This document shows positions 28,040 through 37,802 of a stretch of 53,803 nucleotides of DNA, piece by piece (position 1 is the stretch's first letter; every line of letters starts with the position of its first letter). Source of the DNA: a virus (lineage: Duplodnaviria > Caudoviricetes); the IMG/VR virus record IMGVR_UViG_3300027976_002493, positions 1 to 53,803 of that record; one strand, 5' to 3'. The translations under genes were made by a program, and so were the position numbers. The notes below the pieces were generated by a model. It was given only the letters and a program-made list of their open reading frames with translations. It ran no database searches and had not been told where the DNA came from.

Positions 28040-29653
28040 ATGAGCAAACACATAGAATATTCAAACGAAGCTAGAAAGAGACTCCTCGACGGTATCGACT
28101 TATTAGCAAATGCAGTAACTGCTACCCTAGGACCAAACGGCCGAAACGTAGTGTATAGAGACGAAACCGGTGAAGTGAGGTCTACCAAAGACGGAGTGAC
28201 AGTAGCAAAAGTTATATCCTTCAGCGACCCTATTAAATCTATAGCAATAGATATGATAAAACAAGCAGCAATTAACACCGCTAATACTGCAGGAGATGGA
28301 ACCACTACTTCAACACTACTAGCTCAAGTAATAACCACAAGAGGACTAAACGCTTTAGATGCAAAGGAAAATGCAGTACAGGTTAAGAGAGAGGTAGATG
28401 AAGCAGTAAAACAAGTTATAAAATACATTAAGGATAATATCGTTGAAGAGATAACATCAGAAGAGCAGTTAAAGCAGGTTGCTACAGTGTCTGCCAACAA
28501 CGACGAGATGGTAGGTAACCTTATTACATCTGCTTTAGAAGCAGTAGGGAGAGACGGTATTGTAACTATTGAAGAATCTAGAACAGGAGAAACTTATCTC
28601 GAAACTGTAGAAGGTATTCAATTTGATAGAGGTTACAAATCACCGTACTTTGTTAGTGATAACGCAACAATGTCTGCAATACTAGATTCACCGTACGTCT
28701 TAATATACGACGGAAAGCTGTCTCAAGCTAAAGACCTACTCCCGGTACTAGAATATGTATCATCAGAGAATAAGTCACTATTAATAGTATGTGAGGATAT
28801 CGACAATGAAGCATTAGCAACACTAATCGTAAATAAGATGAGAGGAACACTTAAAGTAGTAGCTGTTAAAGCTCCTGATTTCGGAGACCGTAGAAAACTT
28901 ATTATGGAGGATATAGCTATACTAACAGGAGGGCAGGTGATAAGCCCAGATAAAGCAATGAAGTTATCTAGATTGGATAAGACGTGGTTTGGCGAAGCTA
29001 GAAAAGCAAACGTAATGAAAGAGAATACTATTATTATTGACGGTAAAGGGGATAGCGAAGCTATAGGTAAGAGGATAGAGGAGCTAAAAGCACAGATAAA
29101 CAATGCTAAGTCACCTTTTGAAATTGAGAAGCTACAGGAGAGATTAGGTAAATTCACAGGTGGAGTATCTATTATTCACGTAGGTGGAAATTCTGAAATA
29201 GAAATGAAAGAAGTTAAGGATAGAGTTGAAGACTCTCTACATGCTACTAGGGCAGCGATCGAACAAGGTATAGTACCTGGTGGAGGAGCAGCATTATTAC
29301 ATGCAAGTAGGAATATTACTGAGACTACTATCGGGGCAGGTATAGTTAAACAAGCATGTGCAGCACCATTTATTACGATACTGTCCAATGCAGGATATGA
29401 ACCGAGCGAGATTGAAGTGATAATAGACGATGTACTACTCGCAGGAACCTGGAGTGGTTACCATGTATATGATAGAAAAGTTGTTGATATGAAACTAGCA
29501 GGTATTATTGACCCTTTTAAAGTAACAAGGACAGCACTAGAGAATGCAGCATCAGTAGCAGGTACAATAATGCTAACTGAAGCAGTAGTAGCAGATGAAG
29601 TAGTTACTGTAACACCTTCTATGGAACCCGTAGAGCAACTGATGTTAGGGTAG
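28040..29653 (+). CDS. groEL: Chaperonin GroEL
   Basis: TLGPNGRNV, TKDGVTVA, AGDGTTT, FDRGY.SPYF, KAP.FGDRRK, GIVPGGG, GIIDP.KV. Confidence 0.97.
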   Translation: MSKHIEYSNEARKRLLDGIDLLANAVTATLGPNGRNVVYRDETGEVRSTKDGVTVAKVISFSDPIKSIAIDMIKQAAINTANTAGDGTTTSTLLAQVITTRGLNALDAKENAVQVKREVDEAVKQVIKYIKDNIVEEITSEEQLKQVATVSANNDEMVGNLITSALEAVGRDGIVTIEESRTGETYLETVEGIQFDRGYKSPYFVSDNATMSAILDSPYVLIYDGKLSQAKDLLPVLEYVSSENKSLLIVCEDIDNEALATLIVNKMRGTLKVVAVKAPDFGDRRKLIMEDIAILTGGQVISPDKAMKLSRLDKTWFGEARKANVMKENTIIIDGKGDSEAIGKRIEELKAQINNAKSPFEIEKLQERLGKFTGGVSIIHVGGNSEIEMKEVKDRVEDSLHATRAAIEQGIVPGGGAALLHASRNITETTIGAGIVKQACAAPFITILSNAGYEPSEIEVIIDDVLLAGTWSGYHVYDRKVVDMKLAGIIDPFKVTRTALENAASVAGTIMLTEAVVADEVVTVTPSMEPVEQLMLG

Positions 29654-29660
29654 TGAAGAG

Positions 29661-29924
29661 ATGACTGAAAATAAGGAAATACTGACGTTAATAGCCAAGA
29701 GAGTTCCACCTGGTGATAAGTGGGTATTAGAAGGAGAAAGCACTACCCGTAACGGAATAGCAGACACTCTCCAGGCATGGTTCGAGAAAACCGGTTTAAA
29801 ATCAGATTTCCGTCTTGAACCCCTTAAAGGTAAACTCTACGCTATTACAACAGAGGAAGTAGAAATACCAGAAAAGAAACCAAAAACTTACTCTATCTAC
29901 GGAGACTATTCTCTAGAAAAGTAG
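29661..29924 (+). CDS. Hypothetical protein
   Basis: Tightly packed ORF. Confidence 0.65.
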   Translation: MTENKEILTLIAKRVPPGDKWVLEGESTTRNGIADTLQAWFEKTGLKSDFRLEPLKGKLYAITTEEVEIPEKKPKTYSIYGDYSLEK

Positions 29925-29968
29925 AATACACAACTATATTAAAGAACAAAGAAGAAAATAAAAAACAT

Positions 29969-30220
29969 ATGAATCAATCAAACACTCAACCGAACATTGA
30001 TCTCCAGAACACCACTGCGATAATATCACCAGACGGTAATCAATTATTTGCTGAAGGAGTAATACTTAGAAAAGTTTCTAAATTCGTTACAGGAACAGCA
30101 GAAAACGGAATACTTCCAATACCGGTATTTTATGACGTAAAGACTGGGGAGATCCTAATAGATACACTCCCTAAGGCTCTAAGAGGTGAATTCACAGACG
30201 AAGACGTAGATGCAGAATAA
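29969..30220 (+). CDS. Hypothetical protein
   Basis: ORF with A-rich translation start. Confidence 0.65.
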   Translation: MNQSNTQPNIDLQNTTAIISPDGNQLFAEGVILRKVSKFVTGTAENGILPIPVFYDVKTGEILIDTLPKALRGEFTDEDVDAE

Positions 30221-30434
30221 AATAACCTATGAAGGCTTCCAGCCGGATTCAATAGTAAAAGCTATAAACGCAGAATTAGTAGCAAGAGCAGAAGTGGGTT
30301 ATAAAAAGTACGGACATACTATGGACAGGGAGGACCTCTCCCCTGAGGATTGGCTAACCCACGCTATTGAAGAGGTGATGGACCAACTACTCTATATGCA
30401 GAAGTTAAAAGCAGAATTGGAGAAGCAAAAGTAG
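30210..30434 (+). CDS. Small all-alpha NTP pyrophosphatase (MazG-like) candidate
   Basis: R...G.KKYG followed by HAIEEVMD..LY (EExxD acidic helix). Confidence 0.5.
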   Translation: MQNKITYEGFQPDSIVKAINAELVARAEVGYKKYGHTMDREDLSPEDWLTHAIEEVMDQLLYMQKLKAELEKQK

Positions 30435-30446
30435 ATAATTGCGAGT

Positions 30447-31400
30447 ATGAAAAAAATACCAAGTATACTAAAAGAGATAAGAGACTTCATTCCAACCCCA
30501 CTTGACCATGGAAAAGGGCAGAAGAACATCTCTTACTCACAAATGTCTATGTTTCATAGATGCCCACACCAGTGGGAACTTTCTTACAAAGAAAACCTAC
30601 GAGAGTACACTGAATCAATTTTCACTCTTTTCGGGAGTTCTCTCCACGAGGTAATACAAGACTACTACGAAACGTTCTATAACAACTCCGTAAAAGCAGC
30701 AGACGAAATGGACCTGGCGCTTTTACTAGGAGACCAGATGAAAACTAACTACGCCGAAAGCAAAGAGAAGAATAATGAAGAACATTTCTCAACAGCTAAG
30801 GAATTAGCAGAATTCTACGAAGACGGAGTAGAGATTTTTAAGGAGTTTAAGAAGAGGAGAGGGAACTACTTAACTAAAAGTGGATGGCACCTTGCCGGAA
30901 TTGAAATACCTATAATGATAACACCGGAGAAGGATTATGAGAATACTTTATTCAAAGGGTTTATAGATGCAGTACTGTACCATGAACCCACAGAATCTTT
31001 CGTCATTGTAGATTTTAAAACCTCCACCAGGTCTTGGAGTGCAGATAAGAAGAAAGACGTAATGACGCAGAATCAACTTATCCTATACAAAGAATTCTTC
31101 TCACGACAGTTTAACGTACCTGCGGAAAAGATAGACGTAAAGTTCATGATACTAAAACGTAAAATCTACGCTCAAAGTGACTTCCCTCAACCAAGGATAT
31201 CAGAATTCAGACCTCTCTCCGGACCTATAAAAACAAAAAAAGCAGTTAACCTGGTTAAGAGTTTTATAACAGGATGTTTCAATAAAGACGGTAGTTACCA
31301 AGATAAAACATACCCAAAGGTACCTTCCCAGTCAAACTGTAAGTACTGCATCTTCACAGATCGTCCAGACCTATGCGACAAAAGGAAGGGGGCCGCATAA
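30447..31400 (+). CDS. PD-(D/E)xK exonuclease (Cas4/RecB-like)
   Basis: ISYSQ...CP, FGSSLH, E, GFID, VDFKT, QL.LY, C-terminal CKYC...C. Confidence 0.88.
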   Translation: MKKIPSILKEIRDFIPTPLDHGKGQKNISYSQMSMFHRCPHQWELSYKENLREYTESIFTLFGSSLHEVIQDYYETFYNNSVKAADEMDLALLLGDQMKTNYAESKEKNNEEHFSTAKELAEFYEDGVEIFKEFKKRRGNYLTKSGWHLAGIEIPIMITPEKDYENTLFKGFIDAVLYHEPTESFVIVDFKTSTRSWSADKKKDVMTQNQLILYKEFFSRQFNVPAEKIDVKFMILKRKIYAQSDFPQPRISEFRPLSGPIKTKKAVNLVKSFITGCFNKDGSYQDKTYPKVPSQSNCKYCIFTDRPDLCDKRKGAA

Positions 31401-31609
31401 AAAAAATAATGTCTCGCGAAAGTATCTCGATATATATCCTGCTAGAAACCACTAGAAACCACTAACACCTGCCAGTAATCCTTCAAGTCAGCAGGAACCA
31501 TCAAGAGTCACAATGAATCATAAATGACCTGCCCCCCCTAAAAAAAGAGAACGTACTGAAACCACCCACAGGTCCCCCGTAGTTAAGGAGTAAAAACTAA
31601 AGTAAGGTA

Positions 31610-31617
31610 TATTTATA
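31610..31617 (+). promoter_or_regulatory. Putative late promoter TATTTATA
   Basis: Octamer 11 nt upstream of ATG 31629. Confidence 0.55.
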
Positions 31618-31628
31618 TATAAACAAGT

Positions 31629-31805
31629 ATGAATAAAGTAGACAGAGTACTAACATCGGTTAAAGTAGACCGAGTTAAATTTGAAGATTTTAAAGTAGAG
31701 TGTGTAAGAGATAAGTTCTCACTAACAGATTTAGTAGACCTCTGCATGACCGAGTACCTGGTCAGCGATGAATTTAAGGCAAAGATCCTTTCACGTCACA
31801 GGTAA
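31629..31805 (+). CDS. Small ribbon-helix-helix-like DNA-binding protein (58 aa, not in ORF track)
   Basis: VLTSVKV beta strand followed by two amphipathic helices (FEDFKVEC; SLTDLVDLCMTEYL). Confidence 0.55.
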   Translation: MNKVDRVLTSVKVDRVKFEDFKVECVRDKFSLTDLVDLCMTEYLVSDEFKAKILSRHR

Positions 31806-31866
31806 GTAAAAGATCAGTGAGGGTTGCTACTACCTTAAAGTAGGCTTATATTAGAGTTATATAAAA

Positions 31867-33309
31867 ATGGAAAAACAAAGTTATATTAAAAAAGAGGATA
31901 GGAAGAAGATACTCCTACTCTGTGATGACATACGCGCTCATTCCGGGGTAGCTCACATGGGTAGAGAGATAGTAACAGAGACCTGTCATCGGTATAATTG
32001 GGTAAATGTTGGAGGTTCGGTAAAACATCCGGAGGCAGGTCAGAGGTTCGATGTATCCGGTGATACTAATACTAGGGCAGGTATAGATGATTCGTCTGTC
32101 TTTATTTATCCGATAACGGGGTACGGGTCACCGGAATTTCTTCGTGCTTTACTGGTCAATGAGAAGCCGGATGCAATATTCATCATTACTGATCCTAGGT
32201 ATTGGATGTGGTTGTTTGACATGGAGGCAGAGATTAGAAAGCATGTTCCTATTATATACTTAAATATATGGGATAACTACCCTGCACCTCTTTACAATAA
32301 GACCTTCTATGAAAGTTGTGATGCACTTCTAGGCATTTCTAAACAGACTGTTAACATTAACAAGTTAGTCTTAGCAGACAAAGGGGATAACAAAGTCATT
32401 GAATACATTCCACACGGTGTTAGTGAACAGACATTCTATCCATTAACTGTAAGTGAGAAACAACAGGAGGATTATACTTCTTTTGTCACTAAGTTAAAGC
32501 AGGGTAAGGATATAGATTTTGTAGTACTTTTCAATTCGCGTAACATTAGACGTAAGCAGATACCGGATACTATATTAGCTTTTAAACATTTCGTGGACCG
32601 TCTACCAGAACCGGCTAAGAAAAAAGCCATGTTACTATTACATACCCAGGAGGTAGATGCTAACGGTACTGATTTACCGGTTGTTATTGACTTATTAACT
32701 CCTCAATCACAGGGTTATAATGTACACTTTACACCTGGGCCTCTAGAGGTTAAGGAGATGAATTACCTTTATAATCTTGCAGATACTACTATACTGCTAT
32801 CCTCTAACGAAGGTTGGGGATTGGCATTGACTGAATCTATGTTAACCGGTACACCTTTTATTGCTAATGTAACAGGAGGTATGCAGGATCAGATGAGATT
32901 TATTAAGGATGGTAAGTGGATGGAGTTAGATGCTGAGTTTCCTTCTAACCATAACAAGACTGTTACGGAGTGTGGTAGGTGGGCATTTCCGGTATATCCA
33001 ACCTCTATATCACTGGTAGGTTCTCCTACTACTCCTTATATATGGGATGATCGTTGCGATCCAATGCATGCTGCAGATAGGTTAAATGAGATTTACAACC
33101 TATCGATTGAAGAGAGAGTATCAAGGGGAATGGAAGGCTGTGAATGGGCCACTGGTCCGGAGGCTGGTTTTACTTCAACTACTATGGGTTGGAGAGTAGT
33201 TGAGGGGGTAGATAGGCTGTTTCGAGAATGGAAACCTAGAGAGAATTTTGAATTGATCCTGGCCGGAGAGGTAGAGGACGGAGCTGTTAAGCATAAACTA
33301 ATTTATTAA
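31867..33309 (+). CDS. GT-B (GT4-like) glycosyltransferase
   Basis: SGVA, YIPHG, RNIRRKQ, SSNEGWGLALTES (EX7E); promoter TTG 31824-N20-TATATT. Confidence 0.88.
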   Translation: MEKQSYIKKEDRKKILLLCDDIRAHSGVAHMGREIVTETCHRYNWVNVGGSVKHPEAGQRFDVSGDTNTRAGIDDSSVFIYPITGYGSPEFLRALLVNEKPDAIFIITDPRYWMWLFDMEAEIRKHVPIIYLNIWDNYPAPLYNKTFYESCDALLGISKQTVNINKLVLADKGDNKVIEYIPHGVSEQTFYPLTVSEKQQEDYTSFVTKLKQGKDIDFVVLFNSRNIRRKQIPDTILAFKHFVDRLPEPAKKKAMLLLHTQEVDANGTDLPVVIDLLTPQSQGYNVHFTPGPLEVKEMNYLYNLADTTILLSSNEGWGLALTESMLTGTPFIANVTGGMQDQMRFIKDGKWMELDAEFPSNHNKTVTECGRWAFPVYPTSISLVGSPTTPYIWDDRCDPMHAADRLNEIYNLSIEERVSRGMEGCEWATGPEAGFTSTTMGWRVVEGVDRLFREWKPRENFELILAGEVEDGAVKHKLIY

Positions 33310-33315
33310 AGTATA

Positions 33316-34620
33316 ATGAAAAAATCAAGACCCACGTTTTACATAAGTTGCCCGGTTTCGACCTACAGCGGATATGGAGCTAGATCAAGAGACCTAATAA
33401 GTGCTCTAATTGACATCGATAAGTATGATATCAAGATTGTACCTCAAAAGTGGGGCTCTACCCCTTGGGGATTTATAGAAGCTAACCCGGAATGGATGCC
33501 TCTTAAAGATTTGTTCGTAAGCCAGATCACGGAGAAGCCGGATATATGGTGCCAAGTTACTATACCAAGTGAATTTAATCCCATCGGAAAATTTAATATT
33601 GGGTTTACTGCCGGTATAGAGTCTACTGTATGCTCACCTGATTGGGTAGAGGGTTTGAATAGAATGGATGTAAACTTTGTATCCTCTCAACACTCAAAAG
33701 ATATATTTAAAAGTTTAAGGTTTGAAAAGAAGCATAATCAAACCCAACAAGTCGTAGAGGTAGTAGAAGTTAAAAAGCCTGTTGAAGTGCTTTTCGAAGG
33801 GGTAGACACCGATACGTACAGGATGAAGAGCGATGTGCCTGACGACTTCCTAAACCTAGGAGACATTAAGGAGGACTTCGTCTTCCTACACTGCGGTATG
33901 TGGTTAGAAGGTATAATGGGGGAAGATAGAAAGAATATAGGTCTAACTGTAAAAGCTTTCTATGAAACCTTTAAAAATAAATCAAAGAAACCAGCGTTAC
34001 TATTAAAGGTCTCTGCAGGCAGTAGCTCTTATATGAGTAGGGATAAGGTGTTAGCTAAGATAGCAGCGGTTAAGAAGACAGTTAAGTCAAAGAACTTACC
34101 TAATGTCTACCTATTAAATGGAGACCTTACCGATGAGGAAATGAATAACTTATATAACCACCCTAAAGTAAAAGCTATGATTAGTTTAACTAAGGGAGAA
34201 GGGTTCGGTAGACCGTTACTAGAGTTTACTACATCACAGAAACCACTTATAACAACTAACTGGTCCGGACAACTAGATTATCTTAACCCAGAGTTTACTA
34301 CATTACTTAAAGGAGAGTTAACCCCTATACACCCTTCAGCAGCTAATCAATGGTTACTAAAAGAAGGTCAATGGTTTAGTGTTGACTTCATGCAAGCCGG
34401 GGGATACTTCAGAGATGTCTTCGAAAATTATAAAAAGTATAAAACAATGGCTAAGCGACAATCTTACATATCAACAAATCAATTCAGTTGGAATAAGATG
34501 AAAGAGTTATTAGAGCAGAGATTAGAAGAACTTATACCGGAGTTCTCTCAAAAGGTAGAATTAAAGCTACCGACACTTAAGATGCCTAAGCTAGAATTAC
34601 CGAAATTAAAGAAAATATGA
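33316..34620 (+). CDS. GT-B (GT4-like) glycosyltransferase
   Basis: SGYG, EGVD, DRKN, TKGEGFGRPLLE (EX7E). Confidence 0.88.
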   Translation: MKKSRPTFYISCPVSTYSGYGARSRDLISALIDIDKYDIKIVPQKWGSTPWGFIEANPEWMPLKDLFVSQITEKPDIWCQVTIPSEFNPIGKFNIGFTAGIESTVCSPDWVEGLNRMDVNFVSSQHSKDIFKSLRFEKKHNQTQQVVEVVEVKKPVEVLFEGVDTDTYRMKSDVPDDFLNLGDIKEDFVFLHCGMWLEGIMGEDRKNIGLTVKAFYETFKNKSKKPALLLKVSAGSSSYMSRDKVLAKIAAVKKTVKSKNLPNVYLLNGDLTDEEMNNLYNHPKVKAMISLTKGEGFGRPLLEFTTSQKPLITTNWSGQLDYLNPEFTTLLKGELTPIHPSAANQWLLKEGQWFSVDFMQAGGYFRDVFENYKKYKTMAKRQSYISTNQFSWNKMKELLEQRLEELIPEFSQKVELKLPTLKMPKLELPKLKKI

Positions 34621-35102
34621 TAATAGACGATAAAGATTCACTTGGAATATGCACCCGGTGTAAAGGAGATGCCTGCTACACTCAACGAGTCACAGCAGAT
34701 GTAGTTATTAGACAGTGTCTGAGCTGCGGATTTCAAACCACTTCTATAATGATAGTAGGGAATGAATTCTACGATCTACAAATGGAATCCTTACCTGAAC
34801 TATATAAAGACTTAATGTGGACAGATCCTGAAACAAGGGAGATATGGATGCCACAAACGGTAAATCTACCTCAAAAAGGTATGGTTTTCGCAAACGGACC
34901 TAGCAAAGACAACTGGAAATGGTCAGCAGTTAAGGCTGTACCGGTTACTGAAGAGGATAAAAAGAAATACCCTATCCCCGGAAAGAAAGATCAATACTAT
35001 GAATTTAGAATGGATATGACGACACGTAAGGATTTTGAAGAAAAGGATTTTATTGAAGGCTTAGACCATATTGGAATATTTCAGCAAGCAGTAGTTGCCT
35101 AA
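34617..35102 (+). CDS. Hypothetical protein with N-terminal zinc ribbon
   Basis: CTRC...CLSCG. Confidence 0.65.
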   Translation: MIIDDKDSLGICTRCKGDACYTQRVTADVVIRQCLSCGFQTTSIMIVGNEFYDLQMESLPELYKDLMWTDPETREIWMPQTVNLPQKGMVFANGPSKDNWKWSAVKAVPVTEEDKKKYPIPGKKDQYYEFRMDMTTRKDFEEKDFIEGLDHIGIFQQAVVA

Positions 35103-35129
35103 ACGAGATAAAGTTCATATATTATAGTT

Positions 35130-35783
35130 ATGGAAATAAGTTATGCTATCACAGTAAAGGATGAGATTGAGGAAATAAGCAACCTTATACCTTTCCTGCT
35201 TAAACATAAACAAGCTGGGGATGAAGTGGTTGTTCTCTACGATAATATGAATGGATCGCCTGAAGTAGAGTGGTTTTTAAGAACTTCTTCAATTAACAAC
35301 CCTGGACTTAGGTGGCACAATTACCCGTTTGACGGTCATTTTGATAGATTTAAAAACCACCTTACGGCTTTATGCAAAGGAGACTTCGTTATAAATATTG
35401 ATGCAGATGAAATACCCACAGAGGTATTTATGGAGAATATAAACAAGATACTGGAAAGCAATAATGTAGATATGATAAGAGTTCCTAGGATCAACACGGT
35501 CAAAGGTCTAACTGAGGAACATATCCAAAAATGGGGTTGGTCTGTTAACGAGAGGGGATGGGTAAACTTCCCCGATTTACAGAGTCGCATATACGCTAAT
35601 AACGGAAAGATAAGGTGGAAGAATAAAGTACATGAGGTTCTAGAAGGTTACTTGCAGGAAAGTACACTCCCTCTCACAGAGGAATACGCCTTTATACATA
35701 ATAAGACTATAGGTAGACAAGAGAAGCAGAATAGATTTTACGCTAAGATTGAAACCAATGGTAGAGTGAAGTACAAAGTATGA
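35130..35783 (+). CDS. GT-A (GT2) glycosyltransferase
   Basis: ISYAIT..DE, NIDADE (DXD), PD.Q.R, VHE; promoter TTG 35095-N20-TATATT. Confidence 0.88.
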   Translation: MEISYAITVKDEIEEISNLIPFLLKHKQAGDEVVVLYDNMNGSPEVEWFLRTSSINNPGLRWHNYPFDGHFDRFKNHLTALCKGDFVINIDADEIPTEVFMENINKILESNNVDMIRVPRINTVKGLTEEHIQKWGWSVNERGWVNFPDLQSRIYANNGKIRWKNKVHEVLEGYLQESTLPLTEEYAFIHNKTIGRQEKQNRFYAKIETNGRVKYKV

Positions 35784-36562
35784 TACTAACAGTAATAATT
35801 CCTACATATAAAGAACCAGAATACCTAGACCTATGCTTAGAATCAGCTATAAAAGGTCAAGTGAACAAGAATGAAATTATAGTTGTAGTAGATGGTTTTT
35901 ACGAATTAAATAAACCCATTCTAGACAAGTATAAAGACAATATACAAGTATTGAATCTTGAAGCAAACCAAGGACTATCAGTAGCAACCAATTGGGGAGT
36001 GTATAATGCAACATCAGACTACATTTTAGTTGTGAATGATGATAATGTATTCCCTTCAAAATGGGACCACCACTTAACTCCTCACCTAAGAAAAGGAAGT
36101 GTTGTTACCCCTAACGAAATGGAACCCGGTCCTTCTATGTTTAAACAGAAACATATTAAAAATTTAGGACAGCACCCTAGAGAATTTAGTTTAGAGTCCT
36201 TTTGGAAATATGAAGAATCCATCCAAACCACATCCCCTGACTTAACAGGTTCTACTTTGCCTTTTGCTATGTACAAAGCTGATTATTTAGCTGTTGGAGG
36301 ATGGGATATTATGTACCCTTCCCCTCACGTAGTAGATTGGGATTTCTTTTTAAAATGTGAATACTTCGGGATGGAGATGGTTCGCATCTATAAACACTTT
36401 TACCATTTCTGTGGAGCTGCCACCCGTCAAACACTAGAGCAAAGTAATGAATCATCTAGAAAAGAAACATTAGCACATGAATTTTTTGCAGGAAAGTGGG
36501 GACAGTATGCTGAACATAATACTATTAGTAATTCAAAGATGATAAAAATACTTAAAAATTAA
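35780..36562 (+). CDS. GT-A (GT2) glycosyltransferase
   Basis: VIIPTY, VVVDG, NQG, VNDD, VGGWD, DWD. Confidence 0.9.
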   Translation: MILTVIIPTYKEPEYLDLCLESAIKGQVNKNEIIVVVDGFYELNKPILDKYKDNIQVLNLEANQGLSVATNWGVYNATSDYILVVNDDNVFPSKWDHHLTPHLRKGSVVTPNEMEPGPSMFKQKHIKNLGQHPREFSLESFWKYEESIQTTSPDLTGSTLPFAMYKADYLAVGGWDIMYPSPHVVDWDFFLKCEYFGMEMVRIYKHFYHFCGAATRQTLEQSNESSRKETLAHEFFAGKWGQYAEHNTISNSKMIKILKN

Positions 36563-36567
36563 TAACC

Positions 36568-37206
36568 ATGGCTAACGGAATCTATAAAATAACTGAAGAA
36601 TTTGAAGGGGAATTATCTAAATATACAGGAGCTCCTTATGTTATAACAGTGGATAATATGAGTAATGCTTTGTTCTTAGCTTTAATGTATGAGAATATAA
36701 AAAACCAGGAGGTTACAATCCCCAACAGGACATATCCAAGTGTACCTTGTGAAATCATTCATGCAGGAGGAAAGGTTAATTTCGAAAAAGTAAGAGGTAG
36801 TACGTTGACAGGGGCTTACCAACTTAAACCAACTAACGTATATGACTCTGCTTTGAGATTCACAGCGGATATGTACATACCTAAGACGCACATGTGTATA
36901 TCGTTTACTGGGCCGTATAAGCATTTTAAATTATCAAAAGGTGGAGCGATACTGACCGATAACCACGAAGCATACCTATGGTTTAAAAGAGCTAGATACT
37001 CAGGTCGTAGGGAGTGTTCATACCACGATGATAATTTAGATATGTTAGGTTGGAACTTTTACATGATGCCTGAGTTAGCAGCTAGAGGCTTACTACTAAT
37101 GGGACAGTTCTACGATACAAACGGACATAAGAAGAGTAACCCCGACCTAACATTACCATACCCAGACCTGTCTAAATTTAACGTCTATAGTAAAGCAAAC
37201 AGATGA
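36568..37206 (+). CDS. DegT/DnrJ/EryC1/StrS-family PLP sugar aminotransferase (short form)
   Basis: FE..L..Y.G, ALFLAL, P..TY.SV, DSA, SF...K (PLP Lys), GGAILT, GWNFYM. Confidence 0.8.
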   Translation: MANGIYKITEEFEGELSKYTGAPYVITVDNMSNALFLALMYENIKNQEVTIPNRTYPSVPCEIIHAGGKVNFEKVRGSTLTGAYQLKPTNVYDSALRFTADMYIPKTHMCISFTGPYKHFKLSKGGAILTDNHEAYLWFKRARYSGRRECSYHDDNLDMLGWNFYMMPELAARGLLLMGQFYDTNGHKKSNPDLTLPYPDLSKFNVYSKANR

Positions 37207-37802
37207 AAAGAGCATTAATAGGAGCAGGCGGATTCGCTAGAGAGGTTAAGGCACATATGTTAGATCACACAATGGAGTGTTTTGTGGATGATGTTTACTG
37301 GGACGGTAGTGACGAGTACATCCTACCCCTATCTCGCTTTAATCCCGGTGATTATAAGGTGTTCGTTGCTGTAGGAGACCCCAAAGCAAGGCGTAAGATG
37401 ATACAAAGCTTACCGGAGAATACGGAATATTTTAGTTTTGTACATCCTTCTGCTCAACTTCTCGGCAATGACATAAACATTGGTGAAGGTAGTTTTGTAT
37501 GTGCCGGCTGTATATTAACTACCAATGTTAATATAGGTAAGCACGCTCATCTAAACCTATACACAACAATAGGCCATGATTGTAAGATAGGAGATTTCTT
37601 CACGACAGCACCTGGTGCTAAGGTATCCGGCAACTGTTCTATCGGAGATTGCGTCTACGTAGGTACAAACGCTTCGGTAAAAGAGAAGGTAAAAATACAC
37701 TCTCATGTTATAGTAGGACTTAACGCAGGAGTGGTGAAGGACATAGTAACACCGGGAATTTACATAGGGACACCTGCAGAAAATTTAATAGTAGTAAAAT
37801 GA
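37203..37802 (+). CDS. NeuD/PglD-family sugar N/O-acetyltransferase
   Basis: IGAGGFAREV, AVGDP..R, VHPSA, hexapeptide repeats, IGHD, G.PA. Confidence 0.92.
   Translation: MKRALIGAGGFAREVKAHMLDHTMECFVDDVYWDGSDEYILPLSRFNPGDYKVFVAVGDPKARRKMIQSLPENTEYFSFVHPSAQLLGNDINIGEGSFVCAGCILTTNVNIGKHAHLNLYTTIGHDCKIGDFFTTAPGAKVSGNCSIGDCVYVGTNASVKEKVKIHSHVIVGLNAGVVKDIVTPGIYIGTPAENLIVVK

Noticed and set aside
30447-31400. CRISPR-Cas system suggested by the Cas4-like nuclease
   Set aside because: No repeat-spacer array or other cas genes; stand-alone Cas4-like nucleases are common in phages.
31440-31540. Cobalamin riboswitch (ccact, aagtcag and gacctgcc words; a B12-dependent RNR is present)
   Set aside because: The elements are not in canonical order or spacing, the 5' AGGGAA/GGTG core is missing, and the site is far from nrdJ. 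An Infernal search would settle it.
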